A DNA stretch of 64,000 bases from an uncultured cyanobacterium (GCA_963807635.1 CAWEDJ010000093.1:34119-98118); one strand, 5' to 3'. Counted from the stretch's first letter, positions 22,641 through 32,319 are shown. Numbers and translations are program-made. Notes: a model not told the origin generated them from the sequence alone.

Positions 22641-24599
22641 TTAGTGCATTAAAGTTATTGGCAATACAGACGATTGATAAACCGCTAAATCAAACCAAAA
22701 AGTTGTCCCAATTCCCACTTCACTAATGAGGTGAATTTGACTGTGGTGCTTATCAATAATATTTTTGACAATCGACAATCCTAAGCCTGTGCCTTCTAGG
22801 GTATGCACCCGATTTTCTACGCGATAGAAACGATCAAAAATTGCTTCCTGATCTTCTAAATCAATTCCAATTCCCGTATCTGCAATTTCAATTCGGACAT
22901 AGGGAACGGGTTCATTCTCTTCGGAATAGCCTTGGATTTTAGAAGCTCGAATGACGATTTTACCGCCTGATGGAGTGAATTTAACCGCATTACCCACTAA
23001 ATTCGTGAGAACCTGTAGGAGTAAATCATAATGTCCTAAGACGGGCGGTAAATTAGCTTCAATCTCTTGGGAGAGTTGTAGTCCTTTATCCTTGGCATTT
23101 AACTGATACGTCCGCAGGGTTTGTTCGATAAATTGACTAATATCGATCGCGTCCAATTGGTAAATCCGAGAAGACTCTAGACGAGAGAGATCCAAGACAT
23201 CATTGACTAAACGGGTTAGGCGATCGGTCTCATTATTAGCTGTTTCGAGGAATTCATGACGCTCAACTTCGGTTAAATCTTCCCCAAATTCACAGAGGGT
23301 TTCAATAAAAGATTTGATATTAAATAAAGGGGTGCGTAATTCATGGGAAACATTACTAATAAATTGACTTTTTGCTTCATTTAATTCTACTTCCCTGGTG
23401 ATATCTTGAACGGTCATCACAATCCCTTTGAGGCTTTCTCGATGTTGATCAAAGACCTGGGTTAACATCAAGCGCAATGTGCGGGGAATGGGCTGGCTGA
23501 GAGTTAGGCGAAATTCTTCAGAGGCAAAGGGTTCAGAGGAGGGATTTAATTGATGAGCATGGTGTCCAGTATCGCTGGCCATTTCCCTTAACGGTTTGGT
23601 CAGTTGGGCGGTGATTTCGCTGGGTAAATGTTCCAAAACGTTTTTGCCCGTAAAATCCTGACCTTCCCACACAAATAAACGTCTTGCTGTCGGATTGGCT
23701 AATAATAATTGGAGATTGGTATCGACTAAAATCGCACCATCGGCAATGGTGGAAACGAGAATATCTAGTTTGGCTTTTTCTGCGGTTAGTTCTTCAATAT
23801 TTTGTTCTTCATAACTTTCTAACCGTTCGGCCATTTCATTAAAACTAACAATTAATTCCCCTAATTCTCCACCAAAGGGTAAATCAATGCGTTGTTTAAA
23901 GTTTCCTGTAGCAATATTTTTAACCCCTAATAGTAATTCCTTAATGGGTTGGGTAATGGTTAGGGCATTAAACACGGCTCCTAAAATCACCATCACCCAA
24001 ATGGAAATGAAAACGGCGATCGTGACATCACGGGTCAGGTTAGAGGAATTCACCACCGCCGCATTGGGATTAATCCCTAAAGCCAAAACCCCTAAATATT
24101 GGCCATCGTGTTTGAGGGGAATGAAAACATCGGTGACTTCTCCGTTGGGGGTGGAATGTTGACGAACGAGGGGTAGATCAGTGTCAGTAAAGTTACTTTC
24201 GGGTAGCTCAATATGACGTTCGATCATGAGGGAATTTTGAACTTCCGCTTCTGAGTAGGGAACGCCAAAAAAAATCTTGCCCTGTTGATCTGCATAGATC
24301 ATGTAACGCACGCTGGTGGTGCTTTCGTAAAAACGACTGGAAAAACGGGCAACTTCGGTTAAATTTTGTTCTGCGACTAGGGGGGCGACATTGGCGGCGA
24401 GTAATAAGCCCAAATCCCGACCGAAACGGGTATCACTCAGTTGGGCATCCTGTTGAATGGTATTAACTGCCCAAAAGGTTAGTCCGCTCATGAAGAGGGA
24501 AACGACCAACGTTGCGGCCGCCATTAGTCGAGTTTGTAGGGGAAACTCTGACCACCAGCGACGGATTAATTCTCGAATCGTTTGCAGAAATACCAACAA
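22641..24599 (-). CDS. nblS: Multi-stress sensor histidine kinase Hik33/NblS/DspA
   Basis: RRWWSEFPLQTRLMAAATLVVSLFMSGLTFWAVN, HAMP and PAS domains, SNVSHELRTPLFNIKSFIETL, RVENRVHTLEGTGLGL. Confidence 0.95.
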   Translation of the reverse strand: MLVFLQTIRELIRRWWSEFPLQTRLMAAATLVVSLFMSGLTFWAVNTIQQDAQLSDTRFGRDLGLLLAANVAPLVAEQNLTEVARFSSRFYESTTSVRYMIYADQQGKIFFGVPYSEAEVQNSLMIERHIELPESNFTDTDLPLVRQHSTPNGEVTDVFIPLKHDGQYLGVLALGINPNAAVVNSSNLTRDVTIAVFISIWVMVILGAVFNALTITQPIKELLLGVKNIATGNFKQRIDLPFGGELGELIVSFNEMAERLESYEEQNIEELTAEKAKLDILVSTIADGAILVDTNLQLLLANPTARRLFVWEGQDFTGKNVLEHLPSEITAQLTKPLREMASDTGHHAHQLNPSSEPFASEEFRLTLSQPIPRTLRLMLTQVFDQHRESLKGIVMTVQDITREVELNEAKSQFISNVSHELRTPLFNIKSFIETLCEFGEDLTEVERHEFLETANNETDRLTRLVNDVLDLSRLESSRIYQLDAIDISQFIEQTLRTYQLNAKDKGLQLSQEIEANLPPVLGHYDLLLQVLTNLVGNAVKFTPSGGKIVIRASKIQGYSEENEPVPYVRIEIADTGIGIDLEDQEAIFDRFYRVENRVHTLEGTGLGLSIVKNIIDKHHSQIHLISEVGIGTTFWFDLAVYQSSVLPITLMH

Positions 24600-24982
24600 G
24601 TTAATTTAGAGGGAATAAAAAATAAGAATATTTTGAAATCTTCTCCTAATTATATCGTTATCGTCTAGTCAAGTCGGGTCTGTTGCGGATTGTTCCCTTG
24701 CATTGATCCCTGGTCGAGATTAAAATTGCCGATATTAAAAATTCCTTTAACCCTTTCTATATATGCTTTATAGTCATTCAAAATTCAATTTATTGTCGCT
24801 CGCATTGCCGATCGCGATCGCTGATAACGACCAATGACACTATGGCCACTTAAACCGCAAAACATCAGGGAGCAGAGGGAAAATTTTTTCGACACTTTAC
24901 GTTAAAATCAAGCAAAAGCCTTTTTTTAGAGCATTTTAATATATTCATCTTAATTAAATTGGTTTTGTGATAGTCAGTTTTT

Positions 24983-26158
24983 GTGCCACACTCCAGTAAT
25001 ATGTCAACAACGTCTGGACAAAATTCCCCCGCTCCTGTGTTGCTGCAACTCTTGCTGTTTGTCGATGATCGTCCCCATTCCCAGGAAAATGTTCAACAAA
25101 TTCAAGCCTATTTAAAAGAGCTAAAAACGGATTATCCTTTTGAACTCCAGGTGATTGAAATTACCGAACAGCCCCACCTCGTTGAACATTTTCGTTTGGT
25201 GGCGACTCCTTCTTTGGTTAAAAATTCCCCCGCTCCTCGACAAACCTTGACGGGGAGTAATATTGTCAATCAATTAAAAAAATGGTGGCCCCATTGGGAA
25301 CAGGCGATCGCAGAACAACTATTTGAGCGTTCCAAACTCGAAGAGGCAACCACGATTATTAGCAATCATCCCCTTTCCTTTAGCGATTCGGCGGAATCCA
25401 TGCGACTGTGCGATGAAATTTTTCGTTTAAAGCAAGAAAAAGAAGCCCTGTTAGAACAAGTTAAGTTTAAAGATCAAATTTTGGCCATGTTGGCTCACGA
25501 TTTGCGGAGTCCCCTGACTGCCGCCACGATTGCCGTAGATACCCTAGAACTCCTCCAGCAGAAACCCGAAGGCGATCGCAAGCCCGACCTAGAGCAACGT
25601 ATTTATTATCAAGCCCGTCAGCAGTTTCGCATTATGAATCGCCTGATCAAAGACATCCTCCAGGCCTCCAAAAACTTTAGTTCTCATTTTGAAATCCACA
25701 ATCATCAATTTTATCTCCAAAATCTCTGTGGTGAAATTCTCAGCCTCTATCGCGATCGCTGTGATGCCAAATCCCTCACCCTAGAAATCGATATTCCCCA
25801 GGATTTACCCTCAATTTACGCCGACGAAGAACTCATTCAGCAGGTTTTTGCCAATCTATTAGACAATGCGATTAAATACACCCCCAAGGGGGGAAAAATT
25901 AATGTTTCTATTCTCCATCGCACCAACCAAAGAATCCAAGTCAGTATTACTGATACAGGGCCAGGCATTCCCGAATCGAAACGAGAAAATATTTTTGAAG
26001 GACATTTTCGGCTAACCAGGGACGCAGAAAAAGAAGGTTATGGGTTGGGTTTATCCTTTTGTCGTAAAATTATTCGAGCGCATTATGGCCAGATTTGGGT
26101 GGATAGCGTTCTGGGACAGGGAAGTTGTTTTCAATTTACCCTACCCGTCTATCCCTAA
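24983..26158 (+). CDS. sasA: Circadian output histidine kinase SasA (Hik8)
   Basis: KaiB-like N-domain LQLLLFVDDRP..EQPHLVEHFRLVATPSLVK, MLAHDLRSPLTA, HATPase boxes. Confidence 0.93.
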   Translation: MPHSSNMSTTSGQNSPAPVLLQLLLFVDDRPHSQENVQQIQAYLKELKTDYPFELQVIEITEQPHLVEHFRLVATPSLVKNSPAPRQTLTGSNIVNQLKKWWPHWEQAIAEQLFERSKLEEATTIISNHPLSFSDSAESMRLCDEIFRLKQEKEALLEQVKFKDQILAMLAHDLRSPLTAATIAVDTLELLQQKPEGDRKPDLEQRIYYQARQQFRIMNRLIKDILQASKNFSSHFEIHNHQFYLQNLCGEILSLYRDRCDAKSLTLEIDIPQDLPSIYADEELIQQVFANLLDNAIKYTPKGGKINVSILHRTNQRIQVSITDTGPGIPESKRENIFEGHFRLTRDAEKEGYGLGLSFCRKIIRAHYGQIWVDSVLGQGSCFQFTLPVYP

Positions 26159-26213
26159 AGTCAGGGAAAATGTATGATTAAGGCATTCATTATAGGGAAG
26201 GAAGCTAGATATA

Positions 26214-26948
26214 GTGAGCAATCAGCAGTTAAAAAAACCCAGGATGAGCGGGCGGGTCTGTATTATCGTCAATGCCAAGGTCAAACAGGAGGGGCGATTG
26301 ATTGCCGCTTCTCCCGTGACTGAGCGAATGTTAACCGCTTTAAAACAGTCGATTATTGCTAATTCTCCCGATACCCTCATTGATGTGATTGCTGTTGCTT
26401 CCCTCTGGTCTGAAACGGACCAGAAGCAAACCTCGACTGCTGGCCGTATTTACTGTCCTCTGACGATCCAACTTCCCAAGTGGTTGGTTTTTCCTTCCCA
26501 ACAGGTCTATCAAGCTTGTCAAGATGTTTTAGGTCGTCGTGCTTGGGTTGAAGAGCATTTAAAGTATAAAAGTAATGCCAGTGTGAATTGGCTCGGTGAT
26601 CTTTGGTTACCGATTGTCTGGACAGCGAAGGGGCCGCTCTATGCGGAAGTGATTGGAGAAGGGGCAATGCCGAATGCTTATCAGCAACCCATTGAACTGT
26701 CTGATAATTTGCGCCAACAACTCTATTCTTTAGCCTATCAATCTCTAGAGGCTCTAGAAGCTCCTCCTTCTGTGTATTTACTACAATTTGGGGTGATAGA
26801 GCAAGAAATTATTTTTGATCGTCTCTGGCCCTTTCCTGCGGCTCCGGCGATCGCGTCTTTGGGGGTTCAATCTCCTGATTTATATAGCTGTCATTGGCAA
26901 TGTTTAACCAATCAGGCGATCGCGGATATTCAGATCACCGCCCATTAA
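26214..26948 (+). CDS. Conserved cyanobacterial hypothetical protein (ATP-grasp-like C-terminus)
   Basis: YCPLTIQLP, WLPIVWTAKGPLYAEVIG, VYLLQF...IFDRLWPFPAAPAIAS. Confidence 0.7.
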   Translation: MSNQQLKKPRMSGRVCIIVNAKVKQEGRLIAASPVTERMLTALKQSIIANSPDTLIDVIAVASLWSETDQKQTSTAGRIYCPLTIQLPKWLVFPSQQVYQACQDVLGRRAWVEEHLKYKSNASVNWLGDLWLPIVWTAKGPLYAEVIGEGAMPNAYQQPIELSDNLRQQLYSLAYQSLEALEAPPSVYLLQFGVIEQEIIFDRLWPFPAAPAIASLGVQSPDLYSCHWQCLTNQAIADIQITAH

Positions 26949-27009
26949 AAATGCGTTAAGTTAGTCATTATGTTAATCATAAAATCCCCCATATTCAGGA
27001 GTCTAGACC

Positions 27010-27219
27010 ATGTTTTTAACTGAATTACAACCCATTGTCAAAGAATTAGTCCAACAACCCATTGCTTTTACGGGGGGCTTCGTTTCGGGAATGCTACGGA
27101 TCAAATTGTCTTCTGATCCTTTAAAAAGTTGGTTAGAAAAACAAGGAGTGACGGATTTTAGTGGTGCAGAAATGGAGAGCGAATCGAGTCAGCGTCCCCA
27201 ATCCATCATGATTGATTAA
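27010..27219 (+). CDS. Small conserved cyanobacterial protein
   Basis: MFLTELQPIVKELVQQPIAFTGGFVSGMLR...DPLKSWLEKQG...PQSIMID, with AGGAG RBS. Confidence 0.75.
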   Translation: MFLTELQPIVKELVQQPIAFTGGFVSGMLRIKLSSDPLKSWLEKQGVTDFSGAEMESESSQRPQSIMID

Positions 27220-27242
27220 ATTGATTAAATTTATCGTCACAA

Positions 27243-28095
27243 TCACGAAGAACGGTGTTGAATGCCTGGGGATGAATTCATCCTCGGTAGATTCAACTGT
27301 TGGAAAACCTGGCGATTTTGGATCAATACAAAGGTCGCCACTGCCAACAAAAAATAACCAAAGCTTTTTTGTAATTGTTTAGCTGAAACAAATTGGGCTA
27401 AATAACTTCCTGCGATTGTTCCCAGGGCGGCGGCAAAGGTAAACGAAACCGTCAGAGGCCAATCGATCGCAATATGCCCCAGATAACCTAGTAAACCCGC
27501 GATCGAATTCAGCGCAATAATTAACAGAGAAGTCGCGATCGCCGCTTTCATCGGGATATTCCCCAACAAAACCAAAGCGGGAACAATAGCAAATCCTCCC
27601 CCCACGCCCACCAATCCTGTCAGAATCCCCACTCCAATGCCTTCCGTCATTAGCCAAAGCCAGCAGTATCTACAGACAGGTTCGGGATACAGTTCCAACT
27701 CTGACGGCAGATCCTTGGGTTTCTGAATCTGGGAGACGCGACGAATCATAAATCCTGCGGCCAATAACATCATCACTGCAAATAAAAGCATCTGAAAGGT
27801 TGCCGTAATAAAGGGCATAGTAGCCAATCTTGCTCCCCCAAAGAGCCCCGATCATGGTTGCCGAACCAAAAATCAACACGGTTTTCAGATTGATATTGCC
27901 CCGTTTCCAGTGGGGAATGGTTCCCAAAAGGCTCACTGTTCCCACAATAATCAGGGTCATGGCGATCGCGGTTTTAGGGGATACTCCCATGAAATAAACC
28001 AGAATAGGCAAGGCAAGAACCGATCCACCGCCCCCCAAAAGCCCCAGGCTAATACCAATGCAAACGGCGAGAAAATGCCCAACAAGCCAGGTCAT
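27243..28095 (-). CDS. Sulfite exporter TauE/SafE (TSUP) family; +1 indel in G-run ~27835
   Basis: GISLGLLGGGGSVLALPILVY, GILTGLVGVGGGFAIVPAL, AIATSLLIIA. Confidence 0.9.
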
Positions 28096-28655
28096 GAGCC
28101 GATTCTCCGTTGATTATTGTGTTGATTGTAGGGAAGTTTCGCAAGTAGCATTCCCATTGCACAGGTGTTGGTAAGCCCTGCAAAAACCAAACCACAGCCC
28201 ACAAAACCACTTAAGATTAAAAATTTAGAGGAAACTAACACACCCAATACGGTTCCGATAACGACGAGGGAACCTGCCACAATTTGTACCTGCCGAAATA
28301 AACTAATCGGCGCATTTTTTTCTGTTTGTGTCGAAAATCCTGCGGCTGTCCAGGTAGGGATTCCTCCTTTGAGGTGGGCGACCTGGGGAAATCCTGCTTC
28401 TAGAAGTTTTTGGGCGGCTTGAGCAGAACGTCGGCCAGATTGGCAATAGAGAGCGATGGTTTTATTTTTTTCTGCAATAAGAAGGGATGGGTCAAAGCTA
28501 GAAAGGGGAAAGGATGCCGCGCCTGTGATATGTTCGTTGGCGTATTCTCCTGGTTCGCGTACATCGACTAAAACTGCCTTTTGGTCAGTGAGCCATTGCT
28601 GTAGGGTTAAAGCGTCGATTTCTTGTAATTGGGATTGATTGAGAGAGGTAGTCAT
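28092..28655 (-). CDS. Rhodanese-domain sulfurtransferase with DUF2892 membrane domain (YgaP-like)
   Basis: LVDVREPGEY..EHI.GA, active-site YCQSGRRS, RQVQIVAG..., CAMGMLLAKLPYN. Confidence 0.9.
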   Translation of the reverse strand: MTTSLNQSQLQEIDALTLQQWLTDQKAVLVDVREPGEYANEHITGAASFPLSSFDPSLLIAEKNKTIALYCQSGRRSAQAAQKLLEAGFPQVAHLKGGIPTWTAAGFSTQTEKNAPISLFRQVQIVAGSLVVIGTVLGVLVSSKFLILSGFVGCGLVFAGLTNTCAMGMLLAKLPYNQHNNQRRIGS

Positions 28656-28693
28656 GGTTGAAAGTTAACTCCTGTTTACATTAAAGTTTTTTG

Positions 28694-29392
28694 TTAAGAA
28701 ATTAGAGCAATATTGCCACAGCGTTCATTAGCGGGGACAGCTTCCATGATTTTTTTGGGATTCGGTAAGTCCAAACTGTCCATAAATTCGATGAATTGTT
28801 GGCGATCGCGCCCTTAAAACGGGGATTAAATTGTTTTTCTTCGCCGATGGTAGAAACGGTTAAACCCCGATAATCGTGACCAGGATAAATCTGGGTGCTA
28901 TCAGGTAGGGTAAATAATCGTTGGGTCACCGAATCAAACAGAATACCCGCATCTCCACTCTGGAAATCCGTCCGACCACAACCCCGAATAAAGAGTGCAT
29001 CTCCTGTCAACAGGTGAGTCCCATTAACCAAATAGGCCATGTGGCTATCGGTATCGGCCTGGTGTTGCGATCGCCCGAATCACGATGTTTCCCAGGGTGA
29101 TTTCTTCCCCGTCTTCGATAAAGAGATCGGCACAGTCGGCCTGGGCATTTTTAGGAACAATACCTTGACATCCCGTCATTTTACGAAACTGTCCCGTTGC
29201 TGTGATGTGATCGGCGTGGATATGGGTTTCTAGGGAATATTTGAGGGTAAGTTCTAATTGCTCCAATACTTGAAAATCCCGTTCAAATTGCTCCAAAACG
29301 GGATCAACCAAGAGTGCTTCCTGGGTAACGGAATCAGCGACGAGGTAAGTATAGGTACTGGTTTCAGGGTCAAACAACTGACGAAATAACAT
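28694..29392 (-). CDS. MBL-fold persulfide dioxygenase (ETHE1/PDO-like); two compensating indels at GGCC sites (~29055, ~28810)
   Basis: [62 protein letters not shown], and AVPANERCG in the corrected frame. Confidence 0.9.
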
Positions 29393-29453
29393 GGTCTTCT
29401 CCTGAGATAGGGATCGGGTAAGCCTAGAAAATCTCAACTAAGCTCATAACGTT

Positions 29454-29473
29454 ATATTACTATGTGGTAGTAT
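29454..29473. promoter_or_regulatory. Candidate ArsR-family operator in the divergent promoter
   Basis: Imperfect inverted repeat ATATTACTAT/GTGGTAGTAT between the PDO and ArsR starts. Confidence 0.4.
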
Positions 29474-29519
29474 AGTTTGATAAAGAAAATCTTGTCACCT
29501 TACTTTTGGAATAGGTTGA

Positions 29520-29864
29520 ATGATGGAAATTACTCCCAGGGCGTTAGCTCAATTGGCCGACTATTTTAAGGTTTTGTCTGAAGTGAACCGTCTTAGGGTG
29601 TTGTGTTGTCTCAAGTCGGGAGCCAAAAATGTGACTGAGATCATGGTCGAAACCGAGTTAGGGCAAGCCAATGTGTCAAAACACCTCAAAATTTTAGCCC
29701 AGGCGGGAATGGTGGATCGTAAACCCGAAGGAGTCAGTGCCTATTACGAAATCGTTGATCCGTTGATTTTTGATCTCTGTGAAATGGTCTGCGATCGCCT
29801 GACGTTAAAGTTAGAAACCCAATCTCAGCAATTAAAGGAGCTAGAGGTCTGGAAACATTCCTAA
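29520..29864 (+). CDS. ArsR/SmtB family transcriptional regulator
   Basis: FKVLSEVNRLRVL, GQANVSKHLKIL, with Cys residues in LCC and LCEMVC. Confidence 0.9.
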   Translation: MMEITPRALAQLADYFKVLSEVNRLRVLCCLKSGAKNVTEIMVETELGQANVSKHLKILAQAGMVDRKPEGVSAYYEIVDPLIFDLCEMVCDRLTLKLETQSQQLKELEVWKHS

Positions 29865-29956
29865 CCTGCCAAACCTAAAAAATATTTCTCATCCGACCCT
29901 GATCGCGATAATCTGTGAGATTGATCAAGAATGTTACAACAGGAATCACAACTATT

Positions 29957-30490
29957 ATGAATCAGCGAGGAGTTACCCTTTGGTTTACGGGATTAAGTGG
30001 TGCGGGGAAAACCACTATTACTCAGGCTCTAGAAAAAAAGTTAAGGGAAAGCAGTTACGGAATTGAGGTTTTAGACGGAGATGTGGTTCGTACCAATCTG
30101 ACGAAGGGCTTGGGTTTTAGCAAGGCAGACCGAGATGAAAATATTCGTCGTATCGGCTTTGTTTCCCATCTTTTGACCCGTCATGGTGTAATTGTCTTAG
30201 TTTCCGCGATTTCCCCCTATCGCGATATTCGTGAAGAAGTCAGACAAAAAATTGGTGATTTTGTAGAAATTTTTGTCAATGCTCCCCTAGCAGTGTGTGA
30301 AGGGCGAGATGTCAAGGGTCTTTACGAAAAGGCAAGAAAGGGAGAGATCAAGGGATTTACAGGCATTGATGACCCCTATGAAGAGCCGTTAAATCCTGAA
30401 GTGGAATGTCGCACGGACTTAGAAAGTTTGGAAGAAAGCGTCGCAAAGGTCTGGGCAAAGTTGATAGAACTCGGTTATGTTGCGGGTTAA
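29957..30490 (+). CDS. cysC: Adenylyl-sulfate kinase
   Basis: WFTGLSGAGKTT, LDGDVVRTNL, DRDENIRRIG, ISPYR, RDVKGLY, FTGIDDPYE. Confidence 0.97.
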   Translation: MNQRGVTLWFTGLSGAGKTTITQALEKKLRESSYGIEVLDGDVVRTNLTKGLGFSKADRDENIRRIGFVSHLLTRHGVIVLVSAISPYRDIREEVRQKIGDFVEIFVNAPLAVCEGRDVKGLYEKARKGEIKGFTGIDDPYEEPLNPEVECRTDLESLEESVAKVWAKLIELGYVAG

Positions 30491-30524
30491 AGATTGAATT
30501 TTTCAGTGATTTTGAAAATAAGGA

Positions 30525-30554
30525 AAAGAGGGATAGGCGCATCTCTCTTTTTTT
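30525..30554 (+). terminator. Rho-independent terminator of cysC
   Basis: AAAGAGGGAT...ATCTCTC followed by T7. Confidence 0.6.
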
Positions 30555-30563
30555 ATGAACAGT

Positions 30564-30592
30564 ATTCCCATTTTTTCAAGTGATCGCACTTA
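30564..30592. repeat. Degenerate copy 4 of the glycosyltransferase 3' end (HIP1 variant GTGATCGC)
   Basis: ATTCCCATTTTTTCAAGTGATCGC versus native ATTCCCATTTCTTCCAGCGATCGC (21/24). Confidence 0.7.
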
Positions 30593-30594
30593 TT

Positions 30595-30918
30595 CTAAAC
30601 ACAAGAAACTGAATAAACCTTTATATCAACCTTCAATATTTTTCGTAAAATATCGAAAATTAACGTCAAATTTTCCATTGTCGGATTGCCTTTTGCTGAT
30701 AACATACGATGCAAACTTTTACTGGGTTTTGATGTGGCAATTGCTAGTTCTTCAAATCCAATAGTGGCATTAATCAATTCTCTTAAAATAAGTCTAGCGG
30801 TTTCTGGCTCACCATTTAGAAAAAGAGAAACTGCTTCATCTAATAAAGCTTGTGCGAAAGCGGGATCACCTTGAATGCGGGAATTAATTGTTTCACTATA
30901 ATCTCTAGTTAAGGACAT
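30595..30918 (-). CDS. Addiction module antidote (HigA-like HTH antitoxin)
   Basis: MSLTRDYSETI...DPAFAQALLDEA...LRELINATIGFEELA...KSLHRMLSAKGNPTMENL. Confidence 0.85.
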   Translation of the reverse strand: MSLTRDYSETINSRIQGDPAFAQALLDEAVSLFLNGEPETARLILRELINATIGFEELAIATSKPSKSLHRMLSAKGNPTMENLTLIFDILRKILKVDIKVYSVSCV

Positions 30919-30932
30919 AATAATCACCTATT

Positions 30933-31264
30933 TTATTCTGTATTTTGAGAATTTTTCTTGCGTTTTTTGTATTCCTGAAATAATTCGAGAGACTTTTGAA
31001 TATCCGATTGTTGGCGTTTCTTAGTTCCACCCCCAAATAGGATAATCAATTCTTTGCCATCCTGAGCTAAGTAAATCCGATAACCTGGCCAAAGTCGATT
31101 CTATATTCACCGATTCCATCAAACCATTTAATATTTGATGTATTACCTAAAGCCAAGCGAGATATGGCAACAGTTATTTTTACAGCCGCTTGAGCATCCA
31201 AGCTATCAAACCATTTTTGATAAGGAATTGAGCCGTCTTCTCTGACATATTCTTGAACTCTCAT
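30933..31264 (-). CDS. Addiction module killer (HigB/RelE-like toxin); -1 indel at GGCC ~31086
   Basis: EYVREDGSIPYQKWFDSLD, RLALGNTSNIK, EYRIDFG(P)GYRIYLAQDG...LFGGGTKKRQQSDI. Confidence 0.85.
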
Positions 31265-31275
31265 ATTGATTTAGA

Positions 31276-31291
31276 GTAACTTATAAGTTAC
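31276..31291. promoter_or_regulatory. Perfect 16-bp palindrome, probable antitoxin operator
   Basis: GTAACTTATAAGTTAC just upstream of the toxin ATG. Confidence 0.65.
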
Positions 31292-31310
31292 CTTTGGTCA
31301 ATGGAGTTAC

Positions 31311-31342
31311 TCCAATTTCTCAAGTGATCGCATTAATTTTCC
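31311..31342. repeat. Degenerate copy 3 of the glycosyltransferase 3' end
   Basis: TCCAATTTCTCAAGTGATCGCATTAATTTTCC versus native CCCATTTCTTCCAGCGATCGCGTTAATTTTTC (24/32). Confidence 0.6.
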
Positions 31343-31412
31343 CATTCCAACAGACTGACGACTCACTTACCCTATTGATTTAGCTAAAATATAGATTATT
31401 GAGGAAAAACTG

Positions 31413-31775
31413 ATGACAACTACGATTGAAACTGATTTAAAAGAAATCTTGAGCGAATTTAAGCAAGAATTTGTCAAAATCAACCAAAGATTAGACAAAA
31501 TTGATGAAACTGTCACAGATCTCAAAGTGAATCAAGTCCTTATGGAAGAACGATTATCAGGACAAATTAACCTACTTGATGAAAGATTATCAGGACAGAT
31601 TAACTTGCTGGATGAAAGATTATCAGGACAAATTAACCTACTTGATGAAAAAGTGTCAGGACTAGGTAAACGCCTAGAAAATCAAGAATTTACCAACCGA
31701 GGTATTTTAATTGGGTTGATCGTTGTTGTTTTAGGAGGAGCGGCTAAAGTCTTTGGCTTTTTTCCTAATCCCTAA
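31413..31775 (+). CDS. Small coiled-coil protein with C-terminal TM anchor (cyanobacterial DUF4164/XhlA-like type)
   Basis: TIETDLKEIL..INQRLDKID..., KRLENQEFTNRGILIGLIVVVLGGAAKVFGF, with GAGG RBS. Confidence 0.75.
   Translation: MTTTIETDLKEILSEFKQEFVKINQRLDKIDETVTDLKVNQVLMEERLSGQINLLDERLSGQINLLDERLSGQINLLDEKVSGLGKRLENQEFTNRGILIGLIVVVLGGAAKVFGFFPNP
31548..31661 (+). repeat. 33-bp in-frame tandem repeat (3 copies plus a partial)
   Basis: GAAAGATTATCAGGACAAATTAACCTACTTGAT units encoding ERLSGQINLLD. Confidence 0.95.
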
Positions 31776-31780
31776 GATCA

Positions 31781-31834
31781 AACTAGATCATTCCCATTCC
31801 TTCCAGCGATCGCGTTAATTTTTCTGCTTCAGGA
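31781..31834. repeat. Near-perfect copy 2 of the glycosyltransferase 3' end (52/54 nt)
   Basis: AACTAGATCATTCCCATTCCTTCCAGCGATCGCGTTAATTTTTCTGCTTCAGGA versus 32318-32371. Confidence 0.95.
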
Positions 31835-32005
31835 AACTGCTTTAGTTTTCTGCTTGACAGGACGATAAAACAAACCCCGTTGAGCATCGCTCCAGTCCGT
31901 AACCTCTGGAATATCATTAGTATTAATCTGATCATCTGGTAAAGCGGCCAACGCTTCGAGTTCTGCCTTTTGTTCAGCAGTCAGATCAGAAATTGCCTTC
32001 TTCAT
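31829..32005 (-). pseudogene. BrnA-type antitoxin, C-terminally truncated
   Basis: MKKAISDL..ELEALAALPDDQINTNDIPEVTDWSDAQRGLFYRPVKQ then stops inside the repeat. The usual 'ITLRLD...GYQ' RHH half is absent. Confidence 0.7.
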
Positions 32006-32276
32006 AAGCCCTCCGTTCATGCTGTGTTGCTTTACGTGCGCTGATAATTCGTCCAACTTCTTCACCACTTTGGGGATCATACCCAGGGGATGTATGTACT
32101 ACAAATATTATTACATAATTTACAAAACCGAGAGTTTGCCAACGCTCTTCATTAGGATAGGGATCGCGCCGACTCATGGCTAGAGGATCATCAAAGATAA
32201 GCTGTGCAACCTCAAAACTAAGACCATGCTTTAGCTTATTTGACCTATTTTTTGCTTCATTCCAAATCCAATGCAA
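31986..32276 (-). CDS. BrnT family toxin
   Basis: WNEAKNRSNKLKHGLSFEVA..IFDDP, EERWQTLG, VVHT, RIISARKAT.HERRAY. Confidence 0.9.
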   Translation of the reverse strand: MHWIWNEAKNRSNKLKHGLSFEVAQLIFDDPLAMSRRDPYPNEERWQTLGFVNYVIIFVVHTSPGYDPQSGEEVGRIISARKATQHERRAYEEGNF

Positions 32277-32319
32277 ATTCTATCCTCACATTCTAGTCTA
32301 ACATTAACATTTAGGATAA

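Noticed and set aside
25020..25237. Identical 17-mer AAAATTCCCCCGCTCCT twice in sasA
   Set aside because: Both are in frame (NSPAP) within an intact gene, with no sign of an insertion between them.
31548..31661. 33-bp repeats as a CRISPR array
   Set aside because: The units are contiguous with no spacers, lie in frame within a CDS, and no cas genes are present.
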